From positions 1 through 64,000 of IMG/VR virus record IMGVR_UViG_3300037231_000129: 64,000 nt of DNA. The stretch is one strand, 5' to 3'. Each line of letters begins with the position of its first letter. Positions within the stretch are counted from its first letter, which is position 1. The notes beneath the pieces were generated by a model that was not told the DNA's origin, ran no database searches, and saw only the letters and a program-made list of their open reading frames with translations. This DNA comes from a virus. Positions 10,813 through 20,311 of this stretch are shown here, piece after piece. The translations under genes were made by a program, and so were the position numbers.

Positions 10813-12680
10813 GACGCCACCAGCGCTGATCGGATCATGGTGCCCCTCGGGATGAATTTGAAACCGCAGCTGCAACGGCAATTGATGACGTTGTCAGCGG
10901 TGGCCTGTTCGTCGCAGGGCCAGCGAATCGGCCCCAGGATCGACTGGAATGGCGTCTCGATCCCCTGCACTTCCTGGCCGCCCAGCTCGACGTGGGCTTC
11001 GCGGGTGCGTTCGTCGTCGGTGTCGATCCAATGCTTGATCACGTCCAGGTTTGGGTGCGTGTCCAGCACGTCCTGGGCGCGCGCCACCGCGCCGTAGGAG
11101 GTCGCGCGGATCGATTCCGTCCGGGCGATCGTCTGGGCCCGCAGTGCCAGCATCCGCCGATGGTAGGCGTCCACCATCGGGTTGATCTGCTCGGGGGTCA
11201 GCGCCTTGTCCTCGCGGATCGCGCGCTCGATCGTCTTGTCGTAGCGCTTGTCGCGCAGCTTCATCTCGAAAACGCTGGAATCGAGGTTCTCAAGCTTGCG
11301 GCGGAAGCTGTTCACCACGTTGGTCTGATAGGCGGTCAGGCCGATCGACTGCTTGATCGTGCGCGCAACCTCCAGCGGGCCGATCCCCTGCAGGACGGAC
11401 TGGTCCATCAGCGTCTTGCGGATCGTGTCGCGTTGCTGGGTCGAAATTTCGGCGATCCGGTCGAGTGCATAGGTGGCCATGTGCCGGCGGACCGCCGGGT
11501 TGATGAGATCAAAGTCGGTGTCGATCCGATAGCGCGGGTCGCTGCCGTCCGGCTGTTCGGTGGGTGGTTGCGTCGCGCCGTCGGCGTAGGACTCGAAGAT
11601 CCCCGGGCCCAGCGCCGCAATCAGGTCGTCGCCGATGTTGATCGGCTTGTCGCTGTTGCCCAGCAGCCGATCCATCCACTGGCGATAGGTCTCGGCCATG
11701 TTGGTGGCCATGCCCTGTTCAGTGGCCTTGGTCGCCTTGCTCAGCTTGCCCTTACGCTCGGCCGCCGCCACCAGGTGGTGTGCCAGCAGGGTGATGCCGG
11801 CCGCCGTCAGGCCGATGCCGGCGCCGATCAGCGCGCCTCGGCCGCCGGCGCGGTTCATGTGGATGTGCAGGAGCGCCTCGGTCTCGTTGACCACGCGGAC
11901 TCGCGTGCTCTCGCGCAGCTCGGCCGTGCGACGTTCCAGCGTACTCAGCAGTGAGGCGCCATGCGCTTTGACCCCGCGTTGGGCAGCGCTGATGCGTTCA
12001 ATGATCTTTTTTTTCGTCTCGCCACCAACCCACGCATGCATGACATGAGCTTTGACGGGATGCTTCTGGCCGAGACCGGTTTCCAGATCGTCGCGGTGCA
12101 TCTCCATTCTGACCATGTCAGGGGTGAGGCCGAACATCTCCATGTCAGCCATCGACTGATCGAGATTTTTCAGGTCACGGGCGAGTTTCGCGCGATTGAG
12201 GACACGCTCGGTCGGCGCCCGTACAGTGGCTTTCGGCGGTTTGCCTTTGAGCGTCTGGAGCTGTTTGATTCCGTCCTGAAGCGCCTTGAGCTTCTCAGGA
12301 TCAGTTGTGTTCCCGATCAGCTGGTTCAACGCCGCGACCTGGAAGTCGTAAACCGCCCGGTTCTTCGGGGTGCCGATATACGGCGCCTCCGGTCGCGCAG
12401 GATTCGGCGTGCCGCGCAGACTTTGCTTCATTTCCTCGACAATCGCCGATCGCTGCGCTTCAGCGTCCGTGACAACGCCCTGGTCAGCCGCGTGGACGGC
12501 GTCGGCCATTTTCCGGGGTGCAGCTCGGGCCACGTTGTATCGACCTGCCTCAGCGCCGATTACAGCGCCGGCGACGGCACCGCCCGCGAGAAGACTCCAC
12601 CGGGAATGGGCCGCGTTACGCCGTTGGCGTAGTTCCGCTGGGCTGAGCGGGTCGCCAACGATGTGTTTTGCGAGCTCCAT
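10809..12680 (-). CDS. MuF/SPP1 gp7-like head morphogenesis (minor head) protein with long N-terminal extension
   Basis: C-terminal RAQTIARTE, KHW-DERTREAH and NVINCRC motifs. Confidence 0.85.
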   Translation of the reverse strand: MELAKHIVGDPLSPAELRQRRNAAHSRWSLLAGGAVAGAVIGAEAGRYNVARAAPRKMADAVHAADQGVVTDAEAQRSAIVEEMKQSLRGTPNPARPEAPYIGTPKNRAVYDFQVAALNQLIGNTTDPEKLKALQDGIKQLQTLKGKPPKATVRAPTERVLNRAKLARDLKNLDQSMADMEMFGLTPDMVRMEMHRDDLETGLGQKHPVKAHVMHAWVGGETKKKIIERISAAQRGVKAHGASLLSTLERRTAELRESTRVRVVNETEALLHIHMNRAGGRGALIGAGIGLTAAGITLLAHHLVAAAERKGKLSKATKATEQGMATNMAETYRQWMDRLLGNSDKPINIGDDLIAALGPGIFESYADGATQPPTEQPDGSDPRYRIDTDFDLINPAVRRHMATYALDRIAEISTQQRDTIRKTLMDQSVLQGIGPLEVARTIKQSIGLTAYQTNVVNSFRRKLENLDSSVFEMKLRDKRYDKTIERAIREDKALTPEQINPMVDAYHRRMLALRAQTIARTESIRATSYGAVARAQDVLDTHPNLDVIKHWIDTDDERTREAHVELGGQEVQGIETPFQSILGPIRWPCDEQATADNVINCRCSCGFKFIPRGTMIRSALVAS

Positions 12681-12690
12681 GAGCGTCCAT

Positions 12691-12725
12691 AAAAAAAGGG
12701 TGCAGCCTTGATTCTGGCCGTACCC
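12691..12725 (-). terminator. intrinsic terminator-like hairpin immediately upstream of the head operon
   Basis: Minus strand GGGTACGGCC-AGAATCAA-GGCTGCACCC followed by T7. Confidence 0.55.
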
Positions 12726-12845
12726 ACGATGTCAAGGATTGCTTATCCCCACCGAAATTACAACAGCAATCAATGAAATCAAAAGTTTAGGACACTCCGA
12801 TGTGACTTTCCCGGCCATGGAGGCCGATCACGTCTTGAGTGGTCT

Positions 12846-13985
12846 ATGAGACTGGACAACTCCGAGATGCCGGCGCTACGGTGTTTGGCACAGAGTCATG
12901 GACCAAAAACAATGGCGCGAAACCTGCGAAAATTGCTTGCTGGAACCGAAGTAGCAGAATTCACACCGCCAGGCGTGCCGGGTGGTTTCGCCTCATCCAC
13001 CGAATTGCTGCTCAACACCGTCCTCGCGGCATGGAAAGATGGGAGCCCAGCCGAAAGCGAGACGGATGTGCGTGAATGGGCGTCCTATGGAATGGCGCTG
13101 GGCCAGGCCGACAGACGGGTGCGCTGGGAAATCGGCGACTGGTGGAACCGCGGCGAACGCTACGGCGAGCGCGTCGATATCGTCAGCCATCCCGACTGGA
13201 AAGGCCCCTCCTACGGCACGTGTCGCACGTATGGATCGATCGCGGCGAAGTTTGATCTGTCTACGCGCATGTACAATCTCGATTTTGAGCATCACCGCCA
13301 AGTGGCCAAAATACCCGCCGATAATGCAATTCGTATCCTCCGGGATGCCAGCGCACAGGCCACGGAAACAGGGAAAGTCCCGCCGGCGCGTCAGCTTGGT
13401 CAGCAGGCGAAAAAGGAGAAGCGGGCGACAAGGGAAGAAGAGCTTGATGAAGCCGCCCAACGGCAATCCTCGCGGCTTGGCACGAAAGTCTATCCGGTAA
13501 TTTTGGCCGATCCGCCGTGGCGCTTCAAAGTCTGGGGCGAAAAGACCGGCATGGATCGCGCGGCCGACAATCATTATCCGACCATGGCACTCGAGGATAT
13601 CTGCACGCTGCAGGTCCCGGCCGCCGACGATTGCGTGCTCTTCCTGTGGCGAACTGGCTCGACCTCACGCAAGGCTCACCAGGTCATCGATGCCTGGGGT
13701 TTCGAATGCAAAAGCGAGTTCGTATGGGGCAAAGACCGCATCGGGAACGGCTACTGGGTGCGTGACAAGCATGAGGTGCTGATGATCGCGACCCGCGGGA
13801 ATCCGCCAGCCCCGGCGCCGGGCGAGAATCACGACTCCCTGCAGCTTCTGCCCAAGGGCAAGCACAGCGCCAAGCCCGAGCGGTTTTACGAGATCATCGA
13901 AAAATGGTTCCCGAGTTGCGACAAGCTCGAGATGTTCGCGCGCGCGCCGCGGGATGGCTGGGACAGCTGGGGGAACGAGCTATGA
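12846..13985 (+). CDS. MT-A70 family N6-adenine methyltransferase with N-terminal phage domain
   Basis: ILADPPW, HYPTM, HSAKPERFYEIIE and KLEMFAR motifs. Confidence 0.9.
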   Translation: MRLDNSEMPALRCLAQSHGPKTMARNLRKLLAGTEVAEFTPPGVPGGFASSTELLLNTVLAAWKDGSPAESETDVREWASYGMALGQADRRVRWEIGDWWNRGERYGERVDIVSHPDWKGPSYGTCRTYGSIAAKFDLSTRMYNLDFEHHRQVAKIPADNAIRILRDASAQATETGKVPPARQLGQQAKKEKRATREEELDEAAQRQSSRLGTKVYPVILADPPWRFKVWGEKTGMDRAADNHYPTMALEDICTLQVPAADDCVLFLWRTGSTSRKAHQVIDAWGFECKSEFVWGKDRIGNGYWVRDKHEVLMIATRGNPPAPAPGENHDSLQLLPKGKHSAKPERFYEIIEKWFPSCDKLEMFARAPRDGWDSWGNEL

Positions 13986-14368
13986 GCGATCCCGAATTGA
14001 CGCAGGCGCCCGCGACACGCGCCGAGCTGATTTCGCTTGGGCTGGATGAACTTTCAACGTTGGAGGAAATCAGACTTGCTCGCGAAGCTAGAGCCAAGAC
14101 GTACTCCAGCGTTGAACAGGCTATCCGATCTGAGCAACGGAGAACCGATGAAAGACGGGAAGAACGGAAGCGGACCGGCGAAACAGTAGACCAACAAAAT
14201 AAACGCAGACGCGCCCAAATATTAACCCTTCGAGCGCAGGGAATGACTTTTGCCGTCATTGGCAAAACTCTCGGTATAAGCACGAGCAGAGCCGCACAAG
14301 TCGCGGAAAGTGAGAAACGGCGTGAGAGGCGTCGTAAACAGAATCGCCCAGAGGGAATCGAATCATGA
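13982..14368 (+). CDS. HTH (sigma-70 region 4-like) DNA-binding protein
   Basis: ATGA overlap; LRAQGMTFAVIGKTLGISTSRAAQV. Confidence 0.65.
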   Translation: MSDPELTQAPATRAELISLGLDELSTLEEIRLAREARAKTYSSVEQAIRSEQRRTDERREERKRTGETVDQQNKRRRAQILTLRAQGMTFAVIGKTLGISTSRAAQVAESEKRRERRRKQNRPEGIES

Positions 14369-14664
14369 GCGTCGATCAAGCAAGCAACAGAGCCGTGCCG
14401 AAGGCATGGAACGGTGGTTCACCACCGCCGCCGCGCAAACTGGGCCGCTGGGCCATGACACCGAACGTCGACGTCGCGCTGGAAGCCGGCGAAAAGCTGG
14501 TGGTGCAGGTTGTCGACGGCAAGGTCAAGGCGTACCGCGGAATCAACCCCGTCGGGATCTTCGCTGATCCCCTGCTGGTGCTGGTGCTGAAGAAGAACTC
14601 CGAGATCGCCAATGGCGAGATCACACGCTGCTTTCCGGATCGGATGGAGGTGGAACTGACATGA
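14365..14664 (+). CDS. hypothetical protein
   Basis: ATGA-coupled ORF. Confidence 0.6.
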   Translation: MSVDQASNRAVPKAWNGGSPPPPRKLGRWAMTPNVDVALEAGEKLVVQVVDGKVKAYRGINPVGIFADPLLVLVLKKNSEIANGEITRCFPDRMEVELT

Positions 14665-14819
14665 CCGGGAACTTCTCTGCGTTCTTCATGGGTATGCTTT
14701 TTATGTCCGGCATTATATTTTCCAACCGGAAGGAATGGGGAGCCGTGATTGCGGTCTTCGTCATGCTGATCCTGCTCCTGGTCACGACGACACGACCGGA
14801 AGGCTGGGCTCTCCCATGA
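14661..14819 (+). CDS. small two-TM membrane protein (52 aa, MTGNFSAFFMGMLFMSGIIF...)
   Basis: Hand-translated; ATGA overlaps at both ends; GGAGG upstream. Confidence 0.55.
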   Translation: MTGNFSAFFMGMLFMSGIIFSNRKEWGAVIAVFVMLILLLVTTTRPEGWALP

Positions 14820-15259
14820 CCGATCTCATCGCCGACGCACCACGAACCTGCCGCACCTGTGGCTGTACGGATTTGGACTGCTCGCAGTGCATCACTAAGA
14901 CCGGCCGGCCCTGCTCCTGGGTCGAAGTCGATTTGTGCAGCGCCTGTTGCACAATCGACCTCGAGGCCATCGAGCCCAGCATCCACGCCATCCACCAGAT
15001 GTTCGGCCTGTCCTACGCCCGTTATCTGGTGGTGCCGCGCAGCGTCCTGCAATCGATGCCGGCACACTGGCAGGGCAAGATGGTCGTCTTGCTCGAAGAG
15101 ATGCGGGTCGCCTGCGCCCAGGTCGGGATCGAGCTGCCGACGTACGTCGTCGATAACAGCGGTGGCGAGAAACGGGACAAGCTGATGCGAGCGTGGTTGC
15201 ACGACTACGAGCGCGGCCGGCGGAACGTCTTTGCCGAGGGAAAAGTCCGTGTCGGATAG
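14816..15259 (+). CDS. Cys-rich phage hypothetical protein
   Basis: CRTCGCTD..C...CSWVEVDLCSAC followed by FGLSYARYLVVPRSVLQSMP; coupled start. Confidence 0.7.
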   Translation: MTDLIADAPRTCRTCGCTDLDCSQCITKTGRPCSWVEVDLCSACCTIDLEAIEPSIHAIHQMFGLSYARYLVVPRSVLQSMPAHWQGKMVVLLEEMRVACAQVGIELPTYVVDNSGGEKRDKLMRAWLHDYERGRRNVFAEGKVRVG

Positions 15260-15432
15260 GGATAAGGGCCTCGGCGTCGCCGCCCTGATGCATGGGTTGC
15301 TGGGTCTCAGCCGGCCGGTCAACCGCGTTGCCGAGCACCTCCTGCGCTGGGATCTGCACGAGACCAGCGCCTACGCCTCGCGCTACCCGGAGGCCGTCAC
15401 ACCCGATGACGACAGAGGGATCGGAGGGACCG

Positions 15433-15714
15433 GTGTCGAACCTGTTTGAAGACTGGAAATTCTGGGCGGCCGTTCTCGCCGGTTTCATTCTCGGACAGCT
15501 CAACAGGCGGTGGCTTCACTGGCGTTTTCCGAATTGGAAAAGCATCCACAAGAAATTCGAATGGAATAGCGGCGAGCATGTTTACGTTAACGATCGGGAA
15601 GTCTTCGGCGAAGAAGCCGAGCGCGTGAAAGCGGATCTTGAAGGTGCTCACGAGCGCATGCGCGAAGCTCTCGCACGGATGCTTAATAAAACGAAGGTAA
15701 AGGCCGACAAATGA
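15433..15714 (+). CDS. hypothetical membrane protein
   Basis: GGAGGG RBS before GTG; N-terminal hydrophobic stretch. Confidence 0.5.
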   Translation: MSNLFEDWKFWAAVLAGFILGQLNRRWLHWRFPNWKSIHKKFEWNSGEHVYVNDREVFGEEAERVKADLEGAHERMREALARMLNKTKVKADK

Positions 15715-16166
15715 GCGCTCTTGTCATCACCTCTGAAACCATCGAGGCGTTGCGGCAACTGGCCATCACCGCCGCCGCGGCGCCTGTCGACATGAACGTC
15801 CTCACCTCGGCGATCCGAACGCCCGAGGGTAAGGTCAAGCACATGGAGCAGATGACGGCGCAAAGCCTCGAGCTTCTCGGATCACGGCCGTATTTCGTCA
15901 CCTTCTCGATCGAGACAGGCCATCCCTGCGGCACCAGCCGCCACATGAGCATGAGCGTCGATCGCGCCGGCTTCATGCCCAACGATTACGCGGTGTGGAT
16001 GGTGGCCGAATTGCTCGGCTTTTTGGGTACGCTCCGCGGGAACTGTCACATCTGGTGGGAAGACATCGAGGATGGCCAGAAGGCCGTCAACATCCTGCAG
16101 CCGATCGAGAATCCGCTGACCTGGCGGGACAGGAGGCATGGAGTCGTCCCATGGATCCTGGCATGA
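15711..16166 (+). CDS. hypothetical protein
   Basis: ATGA-coupled ORF of 151 aa. Confidence 0.65.
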   Translation: MSALVITSETIEALRQLAITAAAAPVDMNVLTSAIRTPEGKVKHMEQMTAQSLELLGSRPYFVTFSIETGHPCGTSRHMSMSVDRAGFMPNDYAVWMVAELLGFLGTLRGNCHIWWEDIEDGQKAVNILQPIENPLTWRDRRHGVVPWILA

Positions 16167-16327
16167 AGCTCCAGATTACGCTCGACGAGAACAAGGTCGG
16201 GATAACGATGATCTACCCAGATCGCTATGCCGCGATCGAAGAATACGATCGATTGGTTGAGATGTTGAGCCGCCAAAGCGGAGAAACTGTCACCCTCGAA
16301 ATAAAAGGAGCACGTCGTGTGGAATAA
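16163..16327 (+). CDS. small hypothetical protein
   Basis: ATGA-coupled. Confidence 0.5.
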   Translation: MKLQITLDENKVGITMIYPDRYAAIEEYDRLVEMLSRQSGETVTLEIKGARRVE

Positions 16328-17009
16328 ATCCGCCTACAACGCTTCGATCCGAGACATCGAGATGCCGGATCGGATCAAGAAACTGCCGGTTTCGCCGAAG
16401 GGATTCTCGGTGCCATGGTTCGTCGCGTTCATCGACGGCGTGCCGGATTTCCGGGTTGTCCGTGAGAACGGCATCGCGATTGCCCATAACCGCAAGCTCT
16501 GCTGGGTCTGCGGCGAGCCGATGGGTCGCATGAAGGCAATCTCGCTGGGCCCCATGTGCATCATCAACCGAGTGATCAGTGAGCCGCCGTCGCATCGCGA
16601 ATGCGCGGTCTATAGCTGCTTGGCCTGTCCGTTTCTATCGAACCCGCGCATGCAGCGGCACGCCGCCAATCTACCGGAGAACATCGGCGCCGCCGGCGTC
16701 GCGATCCTGCGCAACCCGGGCGTCATGGCGGTCTGGATCACGCGGCACTACGAGCCGTTCGGCACCGATGGCCAGGGCATCGGCCGCGCCGGCGTGCTGT
16801 TTACCTTCGACGATGCGGAGGAGATCCTGTGGTTCGCCGAGGGTCGCGCCGCGACGCGGGCCGAGATCATGGCCTCGATCGACAGCGGTTTTCCGCTGCT
16901 GGAGGAGGCTGCGGCGAAGCAGGACCAGCATTACAAGCAGGGCGACGCGGCGATGAAGCAACTGATGAAACAGCGCGAGGCCGCGCTCCGCCTCCTGCCG
17001 GAGGCATGA
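16317..17009 (+). CDS. conserved Cys/His-rich phage protein
   Basis: AAGGAG RBS; VPWFVA, LCWVCG, GPMC, EPPSHRECA and ACPFL motifs. Confidence 0.75.
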   Translation: MWNKSAYNASIRDIEMPDRIKKLPVSPKGFSVPWFVAFIDGVPDFRVVRENGIAIAHNRKLCWVCGEPMGRMKAISLGPMCIINRVISEPPSHRECAVYSCLACPFLSNPRMQRHAANLPENIGAAGVAILRNPGVMAVWITRHYEPFGTDGQGIGRAGVLFTFDDAEEILWFAEGRAATRAEIMASIDSGFPLLEEAAAKQDQHYKQGDAAMKQLMKQREAALRLLPEA

Positions 17010-17239
17010 CAATGGCTAGAGGTGGCAAGATCACGGTCACAACCTATTCCTATCAGCAAATCGTCGCCGCGGTTCTGCGGGAACTCGGAATTTCGGAAGG
17101 TCGAGATTCCGTCAAGATTATGCCTCAACCGGAAAACGAACCCAGAATCGAGATCGTCTCGATCAACGGCGGTAAGCCATCTGTCATGATGCTGACCAAG
17201 GACATGACGCTGCACGACGTGCTTCGGATAGGGCTCTGA
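17006..17239 (+). CDS. hypothetical protein
   Basis: ATGA-coupled. Confidence 0.5.
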   Translation: MTMARGGKITVTTYSYQQIVAAVLRELGISEGRDSVKIMPQPENEPRIEIVSINGGKPSVMMLTKDMTLHDVLRIGL

Positions 17240-17241
17240 CC

Positions 17242-17511
17242 ATGCCGGTGACGCTTCAGCCACGACCTGGATTCAATTGGCTCCAGGTCAGCTGGGGCGG
17301 TCCGTACGAGGTGCGGACCCTCAAGTGCTCGTATTGCGAAGCGCCGATCAACGATGACGACGATGACGACGACGATATCCCCCTGATTGTGTGGAACAAC
17401 GCAGGCTGGTGCGCCGAATTCTGCCGAGATTGCCAGGTGACCTGGTGGGGATTTTCGCCGCTCGCTCCACCTCCTGACGATGAACTTGACTGGGAGCGAC
17501 GCGACACATGA
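17242..17511 (+). CDS. zinc-finger hypothetical protein
   Basis: CSYC...FCRDC pairs. Confidence 0.6.
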   Translation: MPVTLQPRPGFNWLQVSWGGPYEVRTLKCSYCEAPINDDDDDDDDIPLIVWNNAGWCAEFCRDCQVTWWGFSPLAPPPDDELDWERRDT

Positions 17512-17795
17512 GCGGTCCACAAAATGGGTTTGGCTATCACCCCATAGTACCCCGCTACTGGACGGCCGAAACCAGTGGGCGGCTGCGGCCGGCGGTGATG
17601 GCCTACTTGGAAAACAAGCCCATGGACGATCGCCAGATCGCCGCCATGCGGGCTTATCTGCGGCAATGGATGGCATGTGACTGGAAAGGTCCGATGATCG
17701 ACGTGTTGCGAACGCAAGTCGAGGATTTGACAACGAAAGAAGATATCACCCGATGGCTCGACCGCGCGCGGACCATGAGCATCGACCCGCTCTGA
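17508..17795 (+). CDS. hypothetical protein
   Basis: ATGA-coupled, 95 aa. Confidence 0.65.
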   Translation: MSGPQNGFGYHPIVPRYWTAETSGRLRPAVMAYLENKPMDDRQIAAMRAYLRQWMACDWKGPMIDVLRTQVEDLTTKEDITRWLDRARTMSIDPL

Positions 17796-17809
17796 GAAAG
17801 GACAAGCAA

Positions 17810-17971
17810 ATGCATTGTCCACCAAGCGATTTTTTGTTTGGCGTTTACTGTGGGGCCACCATGATTGGTTTTCCGCTGTTCTGCGTTATTGTGGTGATGT
17901 GGCGTTTTCCCTCGGGAAAGGCTGCAAATTGCAAGACATGTAAACAGCCGCCACGCCGCCGGTCATTCTGA
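17810..17971 (+). CDS. small membrane protein
   Basis: GAAAGGA RBS; one TM segment. Confidence 0.45.
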   Translation: MHCPPSDFLFGVYCGATMIGFPLFCVIVVMWRFPSGKAANCKTCKQPPRRRSF

Positions 17972-18189
17972 TGAGCCGTCGCCAGTTCAGCCTCCTGCCG
18001 CCCTGCGCGCGACTGCCGCGGCTACACCGCATGCACGTTGCCGACATGGGCGAAGGCGGGAGATCCATCATTGCCCTCTTCGAATGCCGGCGTTGCCACC
18101 AGAAATCAGACTGGGTCGAGATTGACGGTCTGACCGCCGCCCGCAAGGGCATTCCGTGCCCGACCTGCAACAAGGATCTGCCCTCATGA
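17971..18189 (+). CDS. zinc-ribbon hypothetical protein
   Basis: CRRC and CPTC; TGATG coupling. Confidence 0.65.
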   Translation: MSRRQFSLLPPCARLPRLHRMHVADMGEGGRSIIALFECRRCHQKSDWVEIDGLTAARKGIPCPTCNKDLPS

Positions 18190-18707
18190 GCGAAACCGAG
18201 AGCCGAATCGCGAAGGCCAAGATGCCGGTCGCCTTCGAGATGACCATGCTGATTGCCCAGGAACCGTGGTTCCAGGACGCCATGACCAAAGCCGAGCAGG
18301 CCGTCGACGTCCTTGAAAAGCATGACGTTGTCGGCACGCTGGCGCTCAGCAACGGTAGCCTGCAGGTCGGCCTGCTGATCAGCCTGAAAGAGCAGAAGAA
18401 GCTCGAGGAGGCGACGTCCGTCAGTGACTGGATGCGTCGTGATTCGGTGGACATGCTGCGCCGGGGTGCCACGTCGCCCTTTGACTCGTCCGATGCTTTC
18501 CGCAAGGGCCGCGCGCCCACGGTGCCGGATCCGGCGATCGACTGGGCGCATGCCGCCGCGCGCGGCGTGATGGAGCTGCTCGCCACCGATAAGCGCTTGA
18601 GCTTCGAGCTGGGAAAACTGCGATACGAGCATCGGCGGGATCTGGTGCAGCGTGCCACGGCGATTGTCCGCCAGGCCGACGCGTGGCGTCGAACAGGAGA
18701 AGAGTGA
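18186..18707 (+). CDS. hypothetical protein
   Basis: ATGA-coupled. Confidence 0.6.
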   Translation: MSETESRIAKAKMPVAFEMTMLIAQEPWFQDAMTKAEQAVDVLEKHDVVGTLALSNGSLQVGLLISLKEQKKLEEATSVSDWMRRDSVDMLRRGATSPFDSSDAFRKGRAPTVPDPAIDWAHAAARGVMELLATDKRLSFELGKLRYEHRRDLVQRATAIVRQADAWRRTGEE

Positions 18708-19429
18708 TGAGCAGCCCCGGATTTGATCGAGCAACCGGTATGCCGATAGCGGGCAAGAACAGCCTCCTCGTTGGCGGTGGCCGCGTAGACGCTGCGACCA
18801 CCGCCCCAGTCCCTTCGTTGCCGGCGGGGGGTTATGGGAAAGTGCAGACCGCATTATGGGCGTTTATCGCCAGCCAGGAAAGCGGGAAATTGTCGCTGGA
18901 CCCGAAGGACTCGGGCAATTGGAACTCGGGGATCTGCGGCATCGGCATTCTTGTCGGGTCGAAATGGGGAATTTCCGCCGCGGCGTTTCCGTCGGTGGAT
19001 ATTCAGAACGTGACGTTTGAGAGTGCCCAAGCGATTTGCATGCGGCAATATTGGCCGACGGTGAAAGCCAGCATGTTATGCGACAAAGGCGCCGCAGCAC
19101 TGGCTATGCTCCTTGTCGATGCGGCCTGGGGCAGTGGTCCGACTCCGGCGATAGTAGCGCTCCAGCGTGCCGTTGGGGTAGCGGCGGACGGAGAGTGGGG
19201 TTCCATAACCGACGCGGCGATCGACCGCGCCATCGGTGCGCCACCGCTGTGGGGACTACCAACCGGGCTCCACTGTCTGATCGCGGACTACGTCGCTGAA
19301 CGGATCCTGTTTGAGAGCAAGCTGGGCACCTGGGGCAACTACGAAGGCGGGTGGGTGCATCGGCTGACTCGAATCGAGTCGCTTTGCCACTCGTTCCTGC
19401 CGGTGCCTCCCCCGCAATTCGTCGCTTAA
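18707..19429 (+). CDS. glycoside hydrolase family 108 lysozyme (endolysin-like) with C-terminal peptidoglycan-binding region
   Basis: QESG..DPKDSGNW, SKWGISAAAFP, RQYW, LQRAVGVAADG and GGWVHRL. Confidence 0.8.
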   Translation: MSSPGFDRATGMPIAGKNSLLVGGGRVDAATTAPVPSLPAGGYGKVQTALWAFIASQESGKLSLDPKDSGNWNSGICGIGILVGSKWGISAAAFPSVDIQNVTFESAQAICMRQYWPTVKASMLCDKGAAALAMLLVDAAWGSGPTPAIVALQRAVGVAADGEWGSITDAAIDRAIGAPPLWGLPTGLHCLIADYVAERILFESKLGTWGNYEGGWVHRLTRIESLCHSFLPVPPPQFVA

Positions 19430-19445
19430 CCCCACGGAGGAACCC

Positions 19446-20057
19446 ATGTCCGATTCCGCGTTCCCTTCCACGGCCCACTGGCCGGAATACACCTCGCACA
19501 AGATCGTCCGCGCCGCGCCGATCGTCGACATCAAGCGTGGGGAAGGGGGTCGTTCGAAAATCTTCATCTACGTTCAGCCGACACCGGACGCCGTCATAGA
19601 GGTCTTCGAAACGACTGTTCCGGCGATGAAGGACAAGGCCGCGATCGGCGGCTACGGGGTGGTTTACGAGGACGGGTTTCACTCGATTTCGCCGAAAGAG
19701 GCATTCGAGAACGGCTACACGCTTCGGAAGAAGAAGCCACTCGATCCGGCGGATGAGCCTGGCGCTGTCCCGCTCACCTGGCCGAAATACCGATGCAACG
19801 ACGACGGCCATGTCGTCTATGCGGCTTGCATCGTGAATGCATGGACCCACTACCAGAACGCCGCTGCCGCACCTTCAAAAGTCGTGATCACCGTACAACC
19901 GCGTGGCGCCGACAGCGTCGAACTCATCAGCCTGTCCAACCCTGATCTGTGGGAAAATGCAGTCACCGGTGCGTATGCTGTTTGCGACGAGGCGGGCAAA
20001 AAGGAGATCGTCCCAGGCGATCTATTCGTTTTCAATTTCACAGGGATCCCGACCTAA
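19446..20057 (+). CDS. phage protein with two tandem related domains
   Basis: GGAGG RBS; WPEYTSHKIVRAA...GGYGVVYEDG..SISPKEAFENGY, then WPKYRC..VYAA...GAYAV. Confidence 0.7.
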   Translation: MSDSAFPSTAHWPEYTSHKIVRAAPIVDIKRGEGGRSKIFIYVQPTPDAVIEVFETTVPAMKDKAAIGGYGVVYEDGFHSISPKEAFENGYTLRKKKPLDPADEPGAVPLTWPKYRCNDDGHVVYAACIVNAWTHYQNAAAAPSKVVITVQPRGADSVELISLSNPDLWENAVTGAYAVCDEAGKKEIVPGDLFVFNFTGIPT

Positions 20058-20208
20058 TCTACGCTGCCCAGGTGCAGTGACGCGAGTTGGAGCGACCGAG
20101 CACCCAAACGGGCAAGCCTTCAATCGGTAAGACGGGCGACACCGGTCAGACGAAGGCCTGAGACCCGCGACTTCGCCGGAGGGAGAGAATCTGGCACCTT
20201 TCAATTAC

Positions 20209-20244
20209 AAAACAGCCGATTTCGACGTAGAAACCGGCTGTTTT
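20209..20244. terminator. bidirectional intrinsic terminator between convergent blocks
   Basis: AAAACAGCCGATTTC-GACGTA-GAAACCGGCTGTTTT. Confidence 0.7.
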
Positions 20245-20311
20245 CGTGAAGCCGCTTGATATTGCGGCAAACAATTCCCGCATTCAGGGCTTTATGCGCC
20301 CATTCAGTGCT

